In this document: positions 20,011-30,740 of the stretch, in pieces
Layout of the letters: every line of letters begins with the position of its first letter
Position numbering within the stretch: the stretch's first letter is position 1
From: an uncultured Chloroflexia bacterium
GTDB lineage: Bacteria; Chloroflexota; Limnocylindria; Limnocylindrales; CSP1-4
Assembly (NCBI GenBank): GCA_963712745.1
Contig: CAVQJC010000020.1
Span: forward strand, 384,001 to 448,000
Direction: 5' to 3'
DNA length: 64,000 bases
Program-made: the position numbers and the translations under genes
The notes under the pieces: generated by a model
Database searches by the model: none
What the model saw: only the letters and a program-made list of their open reading frames with translations
Told to the model about the DNA's origin: nothing

Positions 20011-20887
20011 CGGCCGTGTACCCGCGACGACGGAAGAGCAGGTAGATGCCGCCGATGATGGCCGCCGACAGCATGAACGTCACCAACATCAGCGCAGAGC
20101 CTGCCCCGAATCGGAAGCGGTCGAAGGCCTCCTCGTAGGTCAGCAGCGGCAGGAACAAGGTCGAGTAGTAGGGATCGCCACCGGTCATCACGAACGAGGG
20201 CGTGAAGGTCCACTGGAACGTAAGGATGACGTCGCGGAAGGTCAGCAACGCCAGCCACGGCAGCAGCAGCGGCAGCGTCAGGTAGCGGAACGAGGCCCAG
20301 CGTCCGGCACCGTCGACGGCTCCCGCATCGAAGTACTCGCGGGGCAGCCCGCGCAGGGCCGCCAGCAGGACCACGAAGCCCTCGCCGATCTGGAACAGCG
20401 ACATGACCACGAAGGGGTAACGAGCGGTCTCGGCGTCGGCCAACCAGCCTGGCTGCGGCAGACCCAGCGCCCCGAGCGCGACGTTAACGGGCCCGAACAG
20501 AGGATTGAAGATCCACAACCAGATGAGCGCGAAGGCGACGTCGGGAATGACCGTGGGCAGGTACGCCGCCGTGCGATAGCCAGAGGCGCCTCGACGCGGC
20601 CGCTGTAGCAGCAGGGCCAGGCCGAGCGCCCCGAGGATGCGCAGCGGCACCGCCAGCAGGATGAAGACGAGCGAGTTACTGATGGCCGTGGCCACCAGCG
20701 GGTCGGCCGCGAGCAGGCGGAAGTTGGCGAAGCCGACGAACACCGGCGGAGAGAGCGCGTCGTAGGACGTGAACGCGAGCACGGCGGACATCAACGCCGG
20801 CAGCCCCACCAGCAGCAGCGTGCCCACGAGATACGGCAGCAGCAGCAGCCACAGGCCGGCGCGCCAGGACATCAGCGAGCGCTTCAT
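20003..20887 (-). CDS. Carbohydrate ABC transporter permease (MalF-like)
   Basis: FVGFANF, DAGAVDGA, VMTGGDP. Confidence 0.92.
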   Translation of the reverse strand: MKRSLMSWRAGLWLLLLPYLVGTLLLVGLPALMSAVLAFTSYDALSPPVFVGFANFRLLAADPLVATAISNSLVFILLAVPLRILGALGLALLLQRPRRGASGYRTAAYLPTVIPDVAFALIWLWIFNPLFGPVNVALGALGLPQPGWLADAETARYPFVVMSLFQIGEGFVVLLAALRGLPREYFDAGAVDGAGRWASFRYLTLPLLLPWLALLTFRDVILTFQWTFTPSFVMTGGDPYYSTLFLPLLTYEEAFDRFRFGAGSALMLVTFMLSAAIIGGIYLLFRRRGYTADV

Positions 20888-20930
20888 CGGACGCGGACCC
20901 CGACCTCGATCACCACCGGGGCAGTGTGCC

Positions 20931-22223
20931 CTAGCCTTCCTCGCCCGCGAAGAATGGCAGCGTGCGCGTGATCATGGCGTCGATGGCCTCGTCCACCGTG
21001 GCCTGTCCGTAGAACGCCCGCTCCAGCTCGTCGCCGGTGAGCTCTTCGACGTCGACCCAGCTAGCCATCACCGGCACCGTCCGCAGCGTATCGACCGTCT
21101 CGAGCCAGACCGCGGAGTTGGCCGGCGCCGCGTTCGGGTCCAGGAAGGCCTCGGACGAGGCGACCTCGATGAGCGAGGGTACCGTTCGGCCCGACGCCGC
21201 CACGATGGCCTGCCCCTGCGGCGAGTTGGCGAACTCGATGAAGGCCCAGGCCGCGTCCTTGTCCTCGGTCGCAGCGGCCATGCAGTAGGCGTCCGAGTGC
21301 AGGATGCCGGCCCGCTCGATCCCGACCGGCAGCGCCGCCACGTCCCAGGCGAGATCGTCGACGCCGCGCGCAGTAGGGGTTCCTCGCCGGCTGTTGAGGA
21401 ACATCGCCGTGCGCCCGTTGAGGAAGCGGCTCTCGGAGTCCTCGGCTGCCTCGGTCAGCGCGTCGGGGGCCACGCCGTACTCGGTCTGCAGGGCCACGAA
21501 CCATGCGACGGCTTCTCGCGCCGGTCGCGAGTCGAGCGCCAGGCGGATGGGCCGCAGGCCCGACTCGAGCACCACCAGCTCGCCACCGTTCTGCCAGACG
21601 AAAGGAGCCAGCCGGAAGATCGAGGGCTCGATGCCCAGGCCGTATTGATCCGTGACCCCATCCCCATCGAGATCCTGGGTCAGCGCTTGGGCCGTGGCCA
21701 GGAACTCCTCCCAGGTCCAGTCATCGGACGGGTAGGCCAGCCCGGCCGCGTCGAAGAGGTCGCGGTTGTAGTAAACGACGAGGCTGCTGATGTTCTGGGG
21801 GATGCACATCAGCTGGCCGCGCCAGCGGAAGGGGTCGGTCGCGACCGGGAAGAAGTCGCTGTCACTGATGACGTCACTGCGTCGCAGGTACGGCGCCAGT
21901 GGTTCGAGCACTCCCCTGGCCGCGAACGGCGCGTAGCGGCGGTAGTTGATGAGCACCACGTCCGCCGGGTCGCCCGCCGCGAAGTCCGCGCCCAGCCGCT
22001 GCCGATAGTCCGATGCGCTGGGGATGTGGATGAGCTCGACCTCGATCTCCGGTTGCGACTCCTCGAAGGCGGCCACCAGCGACTTGTAGGCAGCCAGCTC
22101 GGCCGGATCGCCGAAGACCATGAAGGACACGCGGCGGTCCTGGGCCACCGACCCGCTCACGAGCACGGCCAAGCCGAGCACGACGACGGCCAGGGAGCGG
22201 GCGAGCAGCGGGAGACGAACCAT
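20931..22223 (-). CDS. Carbohydrate ABC transporter substrate-binding protein
   Basis: Signal peptide; VVYYNRDLFDAAGL, WTWEEF, FLNGRTAM. Confidence 0.92.
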   Translation of the reverse strand: MVRLPLLARSLAVVVLGLAVLVSGSVAQDRRVSFMVFGDPAELAAYKSLVAAFEESQPEIEVELIHIPSASDYRQRLGADFAAGDPADVVLINYRRYAPFAARGVLEPLAPYLRRSDVISDSDFFPVATDPFRWRGQLMCIPQNISSLVVYYNRDLFDAAGLAYPSDDWTWEEFLATAQALTQDLDGDGVTDQYGLGIEPSIFRLAPFVWQNGGELVVLESGLRPIRLALDSRPAREAVAWFVALQTEYGVAPDALTEAAEDSESRFLNGRTAMFLNSRRGTPTARGVDDLAWDVAALPVGIERAGILHSDAYCMAAATEDKDAAWAFIEFANSPQGQAIVAASGRTVPSLIEVASSEAFLDPNAAPANSAVWLETVDTLRTVPVMASWVDVEELTGDELERAFYGQATVDEAIDAMITRTLPFFAGEEG

Positions 22224-22245
22224 GCGGCCCGATAGGATAGCCGCC

Positions 22246-22665
22246 ATGTCCGACACCGGCTCCGACCTCTCCGGCTCCGACCTCTCCGGCTCCGACCCCT
22301 CCGGCCAGGCGCGTTCATCGTGGGCGCCCGTGCTCATCGGTGCCGGCTTCGTCTATGCCGCGCTGGGGGCGCTCCTCGTCGTCGTCTTCTTCCTCGGCGG
22401 CATCCAGTCCTCGCTCTTCCCCACCGGCTGGCTCTTCCCCGCCGTCCTGCTCGTGACTGGCGCGCTGATGGCTGCCCGCCGCCGCTTCGACATCGTGGCC
22501 ACGCTGTGGGGCAGCCTGACGCTGGCGGTGTTCCTGCTGGGCGTGCTCGTCTACGTCAACGCGCTGGACCTCGGGCTCGACGATGCGGCCGCCTTCGACG
22601 CCACCCTCATCGTGGCCGGCTTCGGTCTTCTCGTGCTCGTGCTGCGGCCGGCGTTCCGCGACTGA
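22246..22665 (+). CDS. Hypothetical 4-TM membrane protein
   Basis: Four hydrophobic segments; N-terminal GSDLS repeats from a 15-bp DNA repeat. Confidence 0.75.
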   Translation: MSDTGSDLSGSDLSGSDPSGQARSSWAPVLIGAGFVYAALGALLVVVFFLGGIQSSLFPTGWLFPAVLLVTGALMAARRRFDIVATLWGSLTLAVFLLGVLVYVNALDLGLDDAAAFDATLIVAGFGLLVLVLRPAFRD

Positions 22666-22689
22666 CAGCGAGGCCGCCGGACCTCCGTA

Positions 22690-22718
22690 CTGTCACCGAA
22701 ACGTGATATCGGTGACAG
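22690..22718. promoter_or_regulatory. Perfect 10-bp inverted repeat (operator or terminator)
   Basis: CTGTCACCGA-N9-TCGGTGACAG in the gap before the 22.8-32.8 kb operon. Confidence 0.55.
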
Positions 22719-22843
22719 CGCACTGTCCCGAACCGGTGTAGGCTCGCGCGAAATCGGGGAAGGTCGTCCTCGAACGGCCGCCCTCGCCAGACCCGGGAAA
22801 GCCCAGCCCGACAGCGCAAAGCGCGAGAGAGGTACCTCAACCG

Positions 22844-23494
22844 ATGCTGACGCCGGACACCCCACGACGTCGCCTTCGCGGGCTCGCTGCGGCCACGCTG
22901 GCCGCCACCATGCTTGCCCCCGCGAGTGCTGCCATGGCCATCGATGCCGGATCTGCCGAGATGGAGACCGGCGGGGCCGACGCGTCCGCGAGCGCCGCCA
23001 CGGCCGATGAGCTGCGCTCCCTGGTCGATGACCTGAGCCTGGCCAACGATGCCCTCCTGGCTGACAAGCACACGTTGCAGGTCGAGATCGAGGCACTCGC
23101 CGTCGAGCGCGACCGGCTGCTCGAATCGCTGACCCGCTTCGACGAGCTCTACGATCCGCTCGAGTCGGACCGCCAGCTGCTCTTCGAGCTGCGCAAGGGC
23201 CTGCCCGAGACACGCCCCGAGGCCGAGGCGCAGCTGGCGCGCATCCGCTCGCTGGCGCTCTCATCCGATCCCGCCAGGCTGGGCCAACTCGTCGACCGCA
23301 TCGACGACACCGCGCCCGCCTTCCTCGACTGGCGCTTCGGCGAGTTCGAGGACACCGCGCAGTTCAGTGCGGCCTACATCGACATGGGGGCCAATGCCTT
23401 CGACTCCTCCATGGAGGACTTCCGCTCCGAGGCGCTGATGTCGGTCGCCAACCGGCTCGACGGGCTCCTCACCATCCTCGACCGGGTCCGCTAG
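22844..23494 (+). CDS. Secreted coiled-coil hypothetical protein
   Basis: RRR plus hydrophobic signal peptide; heptad-like acidic helix; GAGAGG RBS. Confidence 0.8.
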   Translation: MLTPDTPRRRLRGLAAATLAATMLAPASAAMAIDAGSAEMETGGADASASAATADELRSLVDDLSLANDALLADKHTLQVEIEALAVERDRLLESLTRFDELYDPLESDRQLLFELRKGLPETRPEAEAQLARIRSLALSSDPARLGQLVDRIDDTAPAFLDWRFGEFEDTAQFSAAYIDMGANAFDSSMEDFRSEALMSVANRLDGLLTILDRVR

Positions 23495-23531
23495 CGCGGC
23501 CTGCCCCTCCCGTTACCCCACAAGGAGAACG

Positions 23532-25742
23532 ATGACCGCTCCCCGAACGTCGTGGCGCGTTGCGCTCGGCGCCTCACTCGCCCTTGCCCTGAGCATCTCC
23601 GTCCCGGCTGCCGCCGAGGAGGAAGAAGGCCCCATCGGGCATGACCCCTCCAACGTCATCCCGCTGCTGGGCGCCGAGCCCATGGACCTGCTCGGCCCCG
23701 CGGGCCAGCTGCTCACCGGACAGGCCTGGCTGATGGCCCAGGGCATCGACCCGGGCCAGGGCCCGAGTACCGCGGTCGACCCGCTGCTGGGTCCGAACCT
23801 GGGCACCAGCGGAGGCGGCTCGAACCGTACGCAGGCCGCAGGAGCCGGCGCACCGGTCCCCTTCCGCGAGCCGGGGCCGGCCTTCAGCCGCAACATCCTC
23901 GTCACTCGCGACTTCAGCAATTCGCCCTTCCAGACCGAGCCGCACATCGAGGCCAACCCCGAAGACCCTGAGCATCTCGTGCTCGGCGTCATCGACTACG
24001 CCTTCCCGGCCAACTCGGTCTACGTGAGCTTCGACGGCGGCGAGCGCTGGGAGGGGCCCAACCAGGTGCCCTACCTGCAAAAGGACCTCGGGGCCGGCGG
24101 CGATCCAGTCATGGCCTTCGACCGCGACGGCAACGTCTACATGGCCTATATCTCCATCGGCATCGACGAGTTCAACCTGGGACCGATCGAGGTGGCGGCA
24201 CAGGTCTCGAGCATCGCCGTGGCCAAGTCGGAGGACGACGGCTTCACCTGGCCCACGCAGATCTCCTCGGCCCGCAGCACCGTAAACACCGACGGTCTCG
24301 AGACCGACCGGTTCGGGCGGCTCCGCGGCCTGGTCGACCTCAGCTTCCTGGACAAGCCCTGGCTCACGTCCGGGCCTCATCCGGAAGATCCCGACAAGGA
24401 CGTGCTCTACGTCACCTACACCAACTTCGACCTCTCCTACGAGATCCTCTACATCGGCGAGATCCCCAACCTGCTGCCGACCGAGATGCGCACCACCATC
24501 GAGCTGGTCAAGTCCGAGGACGGCGGGCTCACCTGGAGCGACCCCATGGGGGTGAGCCCGACCGTACGCCGTGCCTACGGTGAGCGAGGTGACGACAGCG
24601 GCGCCACCGGCGTCTTCGGCACGCTGCGCGTGGTCCAGGGCAGCCAGCCTGCGGTCGCTCCCGACGGCACCGTGCACGTGGCCTGGATGGACAGCACCGA
24701 CGACCGCTCCCAGGAGGGCGCCGGCGAGATCTATGTGGCCAGCAGCACCGACGCCGGCGAGACGTGGTCGACGCCGGTCCTGGCCTCGGTCTTCAACGAG
24801 ACGGAGTTCCGGCCGCGCAACGCCTTCTTCCGCTTCTGGGCCTCGTCGTTCCCGCAGATCGCGACCGGACCCGAGGGCGAGGTCTACATCGCCTATGTCG
24901 GACGGCCGCAAGACAAGCCCAACGACGATGGCGATGTCTTCCTGGTCACGTCGCTTGACGGCGGCCAGAGCTGGTCAAGACCCAAGGTCCTCAACGACGA
25001 CGACACCGAGCGTGTCCAGTTCTTCCCGTCCATCGATGTCGACCCCAACGGCACGCTCCACGCGATGTGGGGCGACATGCGTCACGACCCGGCGCAGACG
25101 CGCTACCACATCTACTACACGCGCTCCGACGACCAGGGCGAGACCTTCGGCTTCACCAACGAGGAGCTGGGTCTCTCCGTCGGTGATACGCGCGTCACCG
25201 ATTTCGCCTCCAATCCCAACTACGCCTTCCCGCGCGGGCTATTCATCGGCGACTACTTCAGCCTCACCGCCACCGAGGACGACGTGCACATGGCCTGGCC
25301 GGATGCGCGCCTGGGCGAGTTCGGCCCCATCAACCAGAAGATCGCCGTGGCCCGCACCAAGCAGGTCGACGCACCGGATATCTTCATCAACCCGGCGTCT
25401 GGCCCGGGCGGCCAGCAGGTGACCCTGCAGGGCTTCGCCTTCCAGCCGGACATGGGCGTCTTCGTGCAGCTCGGTGACAGCACCATCTCCACCCTGCGCA
25501 CCGACCTGGACGGCGAGTTCACCGCCCAGATCTACATGCCCATCACCAGTGAGGGCCCGCAGACCATCTCGGTCTTCGACGAATCGGGCAACGGAGCCCG
25601 CACCTCCTTCTTCACCGACTTCGGCTTCGGCAACATCAAGGACACCATCGAGGACCTGGCCCAGCTCCTGGTCGAGGCGGAGACGGTGGACAGCGGGCCC
25701 GCTGAGCCCGTCGAAGCTAGCCCCTCACCGGACGAGGAGTAG
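23532..25742 (+). CDS. Secreted BNR/Asp-box beta-propeller (sialidase-like fold) protein
   Basis: Six Asp-boxes: SFDGGERW, SEDDGFTW, SEDGGLTW, STDAGETW, SLDGGQSW, SDDQGETF. Confidence 0.85.
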   Translation: MTAPRTSWRVALGASLALALSISVPAAAEEEEGPIGHDPSNVIPLLGAEPMDLLGPAGQLLTGQAWLMAQGIDPGQGPSTAVDPLLGPNLGTSGGGSNRTQAAGAGAPVPFREPGPAFSRNILVTRDFSNSPFQTEPHIEANPEDPEHLVLGVIDYAFPANSVYVSFDGGERWEGPNQVPYLQKDLGAGGDPVMAFDRDGNVYMAYISIGIDEFNLGPIEVAAQVSSIAVAKSEDDGFTWPTQISSARSTVNTDGLETDRFGRLRGLVDLSFLDKPWLTSGPHPEDPDKDVLYVTYTNFDLSYEILYIGEIPNLLPTEMRTTIELVKSEDGGLTWSDPMGVSPTVRRAYGERGDDSGATGVFGTLRVVQGSQPAVAPDGTVHVAWMDSTDDRSQEGAGEIYVASSTDAGETWSTPVLASVFNETEFRPRNAFFRFWASSFPQIATGPEGEVYIAYVGRPQDKPNDDGDVFLVTSLDGGQSWSRPKVLNDDDTERVQFFPSIDVDPNGTLHAMWGDMRHDPAQTRYHIYYTRSDDQGETFGFTNEELGLSVGDTRVTDFASNPNYAFPRGLFIGDYFSLTATEDDVHMAWPDARLGEFGPINQKIAVARTKQVDAPDIFINPASGPGGQQVTLQGFAFQPDMGVFVQLGDSTISTLRTDLDGEFTAQIYMPITSEGPQTISVFDESGNGARTSFFTDFGFGNIKDTIEDLAQLLVEAETVDSGPAEPVEASPSPDEE

Positions 25743-25746
25743 GTCG

Positions 25747-28215
25747 ATGCCCACACTCGCAGACGGGCGCCGAGCAGCGCCCATCCGGCTGGCGCTCGTG
25801 GCTGCCCTCAGCGCGGGCCTGCTGGCGAGCCTGACGCCGCTGGTGGCGTCAGCCCAGGAGGACGCCTACGCGCCGCCCCACGGGCAACCGGGCCCGGCCG
25901 CCGACCGCCTGCTCTACAACTCGGTCTTCGTCGACCAGGCACCCATGGCCGTCGAGGCCGGCGATGTGGACCTGTACCTCTTCGGCCTCAAGACCGAGGC
26001 CGCCCAGGACCTGCGCGGCACCGATGGCGTGGAGCTCATCGATGCGCCGGCCACGCAGGTGTCGCTCATCCTCAACCCCGCCCCGGCCGGCGAAGGCGAG
26101 CTCAACCCGTTCTCCATCAAGAAGATCCGCCAGGCCATGCAGCTGCTGGTCAACCGGGACGCCATCGCCCAGGACATCTACCGCGGCGCCGGTCAGCCCA
26201 TGCTCACGCACGTGGGCCCCAGCGACCCCGACTTCCTGACCATCTACGACATCGATCGCGGATCGGGCATCGACTACGCCCCCGAGCTGGGCCGCGAGCT
26301 CATCGCCGAAGCCATGACAGAGGCCGGTGCCGAGCTCGTGGACGGCATCTGGCACTACGACGGCCAGCCGGTGCGGCTGAAGCTCGTCGGGCGCGTCGAG
26401 GACGAGCGGCGTGAGATCGCCGACCTCGTCCGTAACGAGCTGGAGCAGGCCGGCTTCGCGGTGGCCATCACCTACGACCAGTTCGGTCCGGCCCTGCAGA
26501 AGGTCTACTCCAGCGATCCGGCAGCGTTCGAGTGGCACATCTACACCGAGGGCTGGGGCCGCAGCGCCCCGCGACGCTACGACGTTGGCTCGGTCAACGC
26601 CTATATCGCGCCCTGGCTGGGCCAGATGCCCGGCTGGCGCGAGGAGGGCTACTGGCAGTACGAGAACGAAGAGTTGGAAGTCCTGGACCAGACGGTGGGG
26701 CGCGGCGAGCTCGACGCCCTGGGCCAGACGCTCTATCGCGGCGAGTTCCACAGCCTCGAGGAGCGCAACGACATCTATCGCCTCATGACCGCGGCCGGCC
26801 TCGACGAGTCCGTGCGCATCTGGCTGGCCACGGTCGACAACAGCTTCCCCGCAGTCGACACGCTCGAGGGAATGACGCGTGACATCGTGGCCGGGCCGCG
26901 CAACCCGTGGGCCCTGCGCGAGGCCTTCGTGCCCGGCAGTGGCGACGTACGCGTGGGTCACCAGTGGGTCTGGACCGACCGCACCACCTACAACCCCGTC
27001 GGTGGTCTCGGCGACGTCTACTCCACCGATCTCTGGCGCAACCTGGCCGACCCGCCCATCTGGAACGATCCCTTTACCGGCATCCCCAAAGGCTTCCGGG
27101 CCGATTACGAGGTCGAATCGGCCGGCCCGGACGGCACCCTCGAGGTGCCGGCCGACGCGGTCACCTGGGACGTCGAGTCCAAGACCTGGACGCCGGTCGA
27201 ACCGGGCACGACAGCCGTGAGCAAGGTCACCTTCGACTACTCGAAGTACACCGGCTCCAACTGGCACCACGGCCAGCCCATCACCATGGCCGACGCGGTC
27301 TATTCGATCGCACAGTCGTTCGACCTCGCCTACGACCCCGAAAAGGCGCGCATCGAGACGGCCCTGGCGGTGACGTCACGGCCGATCCTCGAGACGTTCA
27401 AGGGCTTCCGCCTGGCCGATGACGGAAGCCTCGAGGTCTACGTCGACTACTGGCACTTCGACGACGACCACATCGGCGCGTATGCCAGCTCGGTCGGCTT
27501 CGACATGCCCTGGGAGCTGAAGGCGGCCATGGACGACCTCGTCTTCGAGCAGCGCCGCGCGGCCTACAGCGACACCGCGGCCAGCCGCTTCAGCGTTCCC
27601 TGGATCAGCCTCGTGCTCAAGCGCGATGCCGGCCTGGTGGACCGCACGCTGCGCGGCTTCGAGCGGGACGGATTCGTGCCGCCGGGCGTCTTCGAGTTCG
27701 GAGGCACCTCGCTGGTCACGCCCGAGGAGGCGGTGGCCCGCTACGAGGCCGCCCAGGACTGGTTCGACGACAAGGACCACCTGGTCATCAGCCAGGGTCC
27801 GTTCTACCTCGAGCAGTTCGATCCACCGGCCCAGTTCGCTGAGCTCCTCGCCTTCCGCGACCCGAGCTACCCCTTCAAGCCCGGCGACTTCTACCGTGGC
27901 GAGCCGCCCACCCTGGCCATCGACGACATCAGCACCGCGCCGGTGGTCGCCGGCGAGGATGCGGTCATCACCGCCACCGTCAGCGGACCGGGCAGCGTGG
28001 GCCTGCAGTACCTGCTGCTTGACCCGGCGCTGGGCGCGGTCGAGGCATCCGGGCGGGCCGAGGAGACCGGCGAAGGCACCTTCACGGTGACCATCCCCGC
28101 TGAGGTCACGCAAGACCTCTTCCCGGGGGGCTTCTACGAGCTCTACCTCGCAGCCGATAGCGATTCGCTGGCGCTCATCAGCGAACGCAAGGTCGACCTC
28201 GAGGTGGACCTCTAG
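25747..28215 (+). CDS. Large Opp/Dpp (family 5)-type ABC substrate-binding protein
   Basis: NPFSIKKIRQAM, WHHGQPITMAD, GPFYL; precedes Opp-type permeases. Confidence 0.87.
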   Translation: MPTLADGRRAAPIRLALVAALSAGLLASLTPLVASAQEDAYAPPHGQPGPAADRLLYNSVFVDQAPMAVEAGDVDLYLFGLKTEAAQDLRGTDGVELIDAPATQVSLILNPAPAGEGELNPFSIKKIRQAMQLLVNRDAIAQDIYRGAGQPMLTHVGPSDPDFLTIYDIDRGSGIDYAPELGRELIAEAMTEAGAELVDGIWHYDGQPVRLKLVGRVEDERREIADLVRNELEQAGFAVAITYDQFGPALQKVYSSDPAAFEWHIYTEGWGRSAPRRYDVGSVNAYIAPWLGQMPGWREEGYWQYENEELEVLDQTVGRGELDALGQTLYRGEFHSLEERNDIYRLMTAAGLDESVRIWLATVDNSFPAVDTLEGMTRDIVAGPRNPWALREAFVPGSGDVRVGHQWVWTDRTTYNPVGGLGDVYSTDLWRNLADPPIWNDPFTGIPKGFRADYEVESAGPDGTLEVPADAVTWDVESKTWTPVEPGTTAVSKVTFDYSKYTGSNWHHGQPITMADAVYSIAQSFDLAYDPEKARIETALAVTSRPILETFKGFRLADDGSLEVYVDYWHFDDDHIGAYASSVGFDMPWELKAAMDDLVFEQRRAAYSDTAASRFSVPWISLVLKRDAGLVDRTLRGFERDGFVPPGVFEFGGTSLVTPEEAVARYEAAQDWFDDKDHLVISQGPFYLEQFDPPAQFAELLAFRDPSYPFKPGDFYRGEPPTLAIDDISTAPVVAGEDAVITATVSGPGSVGLQYLLLDPALGAVEASGRAEETGEGTFTVTIPAEVTQDLFPGGFYELYLAADSDSLALISERKVDLEVDL

Positions 28216-28261
28216 GCTTGGGAACGTCTACATAGCCGCACGCAGGGAGGGCTGATCGAGC

Positions 28262-29320
28262 GTGGGCCCATCCCTGCTGCGCCCGATCCTCGTGCGGGCC
28301 GCCAGCCTCGGCGCGGTGCTCATCATCGTGCTCGTGCTGCTGGTGCTCGTGCTGGGCGCGACCGGCTACTCCGACGACATCCTCGAGGCCCAGGTCGGCG
28401 AGGAGCTTCGGACCATGCGCACCGGGCTCTCGGAGACGGTCACCGACCCCGATGCGGTCGAAGAGATCATCGCCGCCCGGCGCTCGGAGCTGGAGGCCTC
28501 CTACGGACTGGACAAGGCCTGGTACGAGCGCCTGCCGGCGGTGGTCGCTCAGGTGCTCGTCTTCGACCTGGGGGAGGCACGCTCGATCCGCGCCGCGGAC
28601 GGTTCCAACAGCGTGGGTGACATCATCGTCGAGCGCCTGCCGCGCACGGTGATGCTGCTGACGACCTCGCTCATCATCACCGCCGTCATCGGCCTGACCG
28701 TGGGCGTGTGGCTCTCGACGCGGCCGGGCTCGCGGGCGGACCGCTTCGTCTCCTACGTGGCCGCCATCACCAACGGCTTGCCGGCCTGGTGGGCCGGCAT
28801 CCTGCTCATCCTCATCTTCAGCTTCTGGCTGCGCATCCTGCCCTCGGGTGGGATGTACTCCACTCCTCCGCCGGAGGGTGCCATCGCCTCGGCACTGGAC
28901 CTGGCCTGGCACGCGCTGCTGCCTATCCTCACGCTGGTGCTGGTGAGCATCGGGCCATCGATCTATGTCACTCGCACGATCACCCTCGACACGGCCCTGC
29001 AGGATCACGTCACGGTGGCCCGGGCCAAGGGCCTGCCGGAGGGGCTCATCCGCCGGCGCCACATCCTGCGCGTGGCCGCGCCACCCATCGTGACCGGACT
29101 CATCCTTGGTCTTGCCGCCACGCTCGGCGGATCGATCCTCATCGAGACCGTCTTCGCCTGGGAGGGCATGGGCCAGCTCTACTTCAAGACGTTCAGCGGC
29201 CAGCCTGACGAGTCGATCATCATCGGCCTGACCTTCATGTTCACGCTCATCTACGTGGGCGCACGCCTGCTCCTCGAGATCCTCTACGTCTTCCTCGATC
29301 CGCGGGTGCGCTACCAGTGA
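28262..29320 (+). CDS. Opp/Dpp ABC permease (OppB-like)
   Basis: ERLPRT, ARAKGL, IETVFAWEGMG. Confidence 0.92.
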   Translation: MGPSLLRPILVRAASLGAVLIIVLVLLVLVLGATGYSDDILEAQVGEELRTMRTGLSETVTDPDAVEEIIAARRSELEASYGLDKAWYERLPAVVAQVLVFDLGEARSIRAADGSNSVGDIIVERLPRTVMLLTTSLIITAVIGLTVGVWLSTRPGSRADRFVSYVAAITNGLPAWWAGILLILIFSFWLRILPSGGMYSTPPPEGAIASALDLAWHALLPILTLVLVSIGPSIYVTRTITLDTALQDHVTVARAKGLPEGLIRRRHILRVAAPPIVTGLILGLAATLGGSILIETVFAWEGMGQLYFKTFSGQPDESIIIGLTFMFTLIYVGARLLLEILYVFLDPRVRYQ

Positions 29321-30740
29321 GGCGCCGCAGCATCCTGCGCCAGGTGCTCGACAGCACGGCCGGCAAGATCGGCGTGACCATGGCCATCATCCTGCTGGGC
29401 GTCTCGTTGCTGGTGGTGGTGGCCTTCCCGCTTGACTTCGGGACCTCCCGCTGGTCGAACCCCGCCGTCTGGGCCGACTACCCCAAGGCCGTGCCGCCGG
29501 CCTGGACGGCCGCGCTCACCGGCGACGCGGTGCCGCATCAGATCGATCGAGGCCTCCGAGCCGACGACCTCGACCGAACGGGGGGCCGCCCGCGTCGACG
29601 ACTACGACCTCGCCTTCGACTACCAGGCGGATGAGCCGCCCAGCTTCCTCTCGTTCAGCCTGGGCGAGGTCGACTTCGCCCAGCGCCCACCGTCGCTGAG
29701 CGTCACGCTGCTGCGGCCGGACGGCGCCTCGGTGCCCCTGCTCCGCACCACCATCCGCGGTCCGCGCCCAGGCGAAGACCCGCCCTACAAGCGCCACCAT
29801 GAGACACCCCTGCGGGTGCTGTTCACGGCCGAGCCGGAGACGGCCCAGGCGGCCTCGGAGATGCTGTCGGAGACCTACGGCGTGGACATCCCCGCCTCGG
29901 TGCTGCAGGACGACGTGGCCGCCGCGCTGTTCGGTGCGCCCGACGAGAACGGCGAGCTGCAGCCGCTGCACGGGCGAGTACACCACGCAGGTGCGCATGG
30001 CGCTGGCCGAGGAGACCGATTCGGTGGCCTGGGTGCGGACCGTGGTGGGTGGCACGGTCTATGGGCTGCTGGGCACCGACGGCTCCGGGCGTGACCTGAC
30101 CGAGGGGCTCGCCTTCGGGCTGCCCATCGCCCTGCTCATCGGCATCTCGGCGGCCACCGTCAGCACCGTCATCGGCACGGGCCTGGGCATGCTCAGCGGC
30201 TACAAGGGCGGGCGCATCGACCTGGTCATCCAGCGAGCGGCGGACGTGGTCAACAACGTCCCGCTGCTGCCGCTGCTCATCTTCTTCGTCTTCGTCTTCG
30301 GGGCGCAGCTGTGGCTCATCCTGCTCTTGCTGGTGGCTTTCAGCTGGCCCGGGTTGACCATCCTCGTGCGCTCGATGGTCCTGGGACTGTCGGGCAGCCA
30401 GGAGGTGGAAGCGGCGCGCGCACTGGGGGCATCGAGCCGGCACATCCTCGTCAAGCACATCTTCCCGCACACCGCGCCCTACGTCTTCACCCAGCTCATC
30501 TTCTTCGTGCCCGCGGTCATCCTGGCCGAGGCCGGCCTCTCCTTCCTGGGCCTGGGCGATCCGTCGCTGCCGACCTGGGGCCAGATCCTGGAGGACGGCT
30601 TCCGCACCGGCGCCGTCTTCCTCGGCTACTGGTGGTGGGTGGTCGCGCCGGGCCTGCTCATCGTGCTCACGGCCATGACCTTCATGCTCCTGGCGCTGGC
30701 CATGGAGCCTGTGGTCAATCCCAAGTTGCGGCGCGACTGA
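29317..30740 (+). CDS. Opp/Dpp ABC permease (OppC-like, large extracellular loop), frameshifted
   Basis: LLGTDGSGRD, EAARALGAS, EAGLSFLGLG; indels near 29545 and 29975. Confidence 0.88.

Noticed and set aside
22256-22305. 15-bp triple repeat as a regulatory array
   Set aside because: In-frame within the membrane protein N-terminus (GSDLS x3); simple slippage
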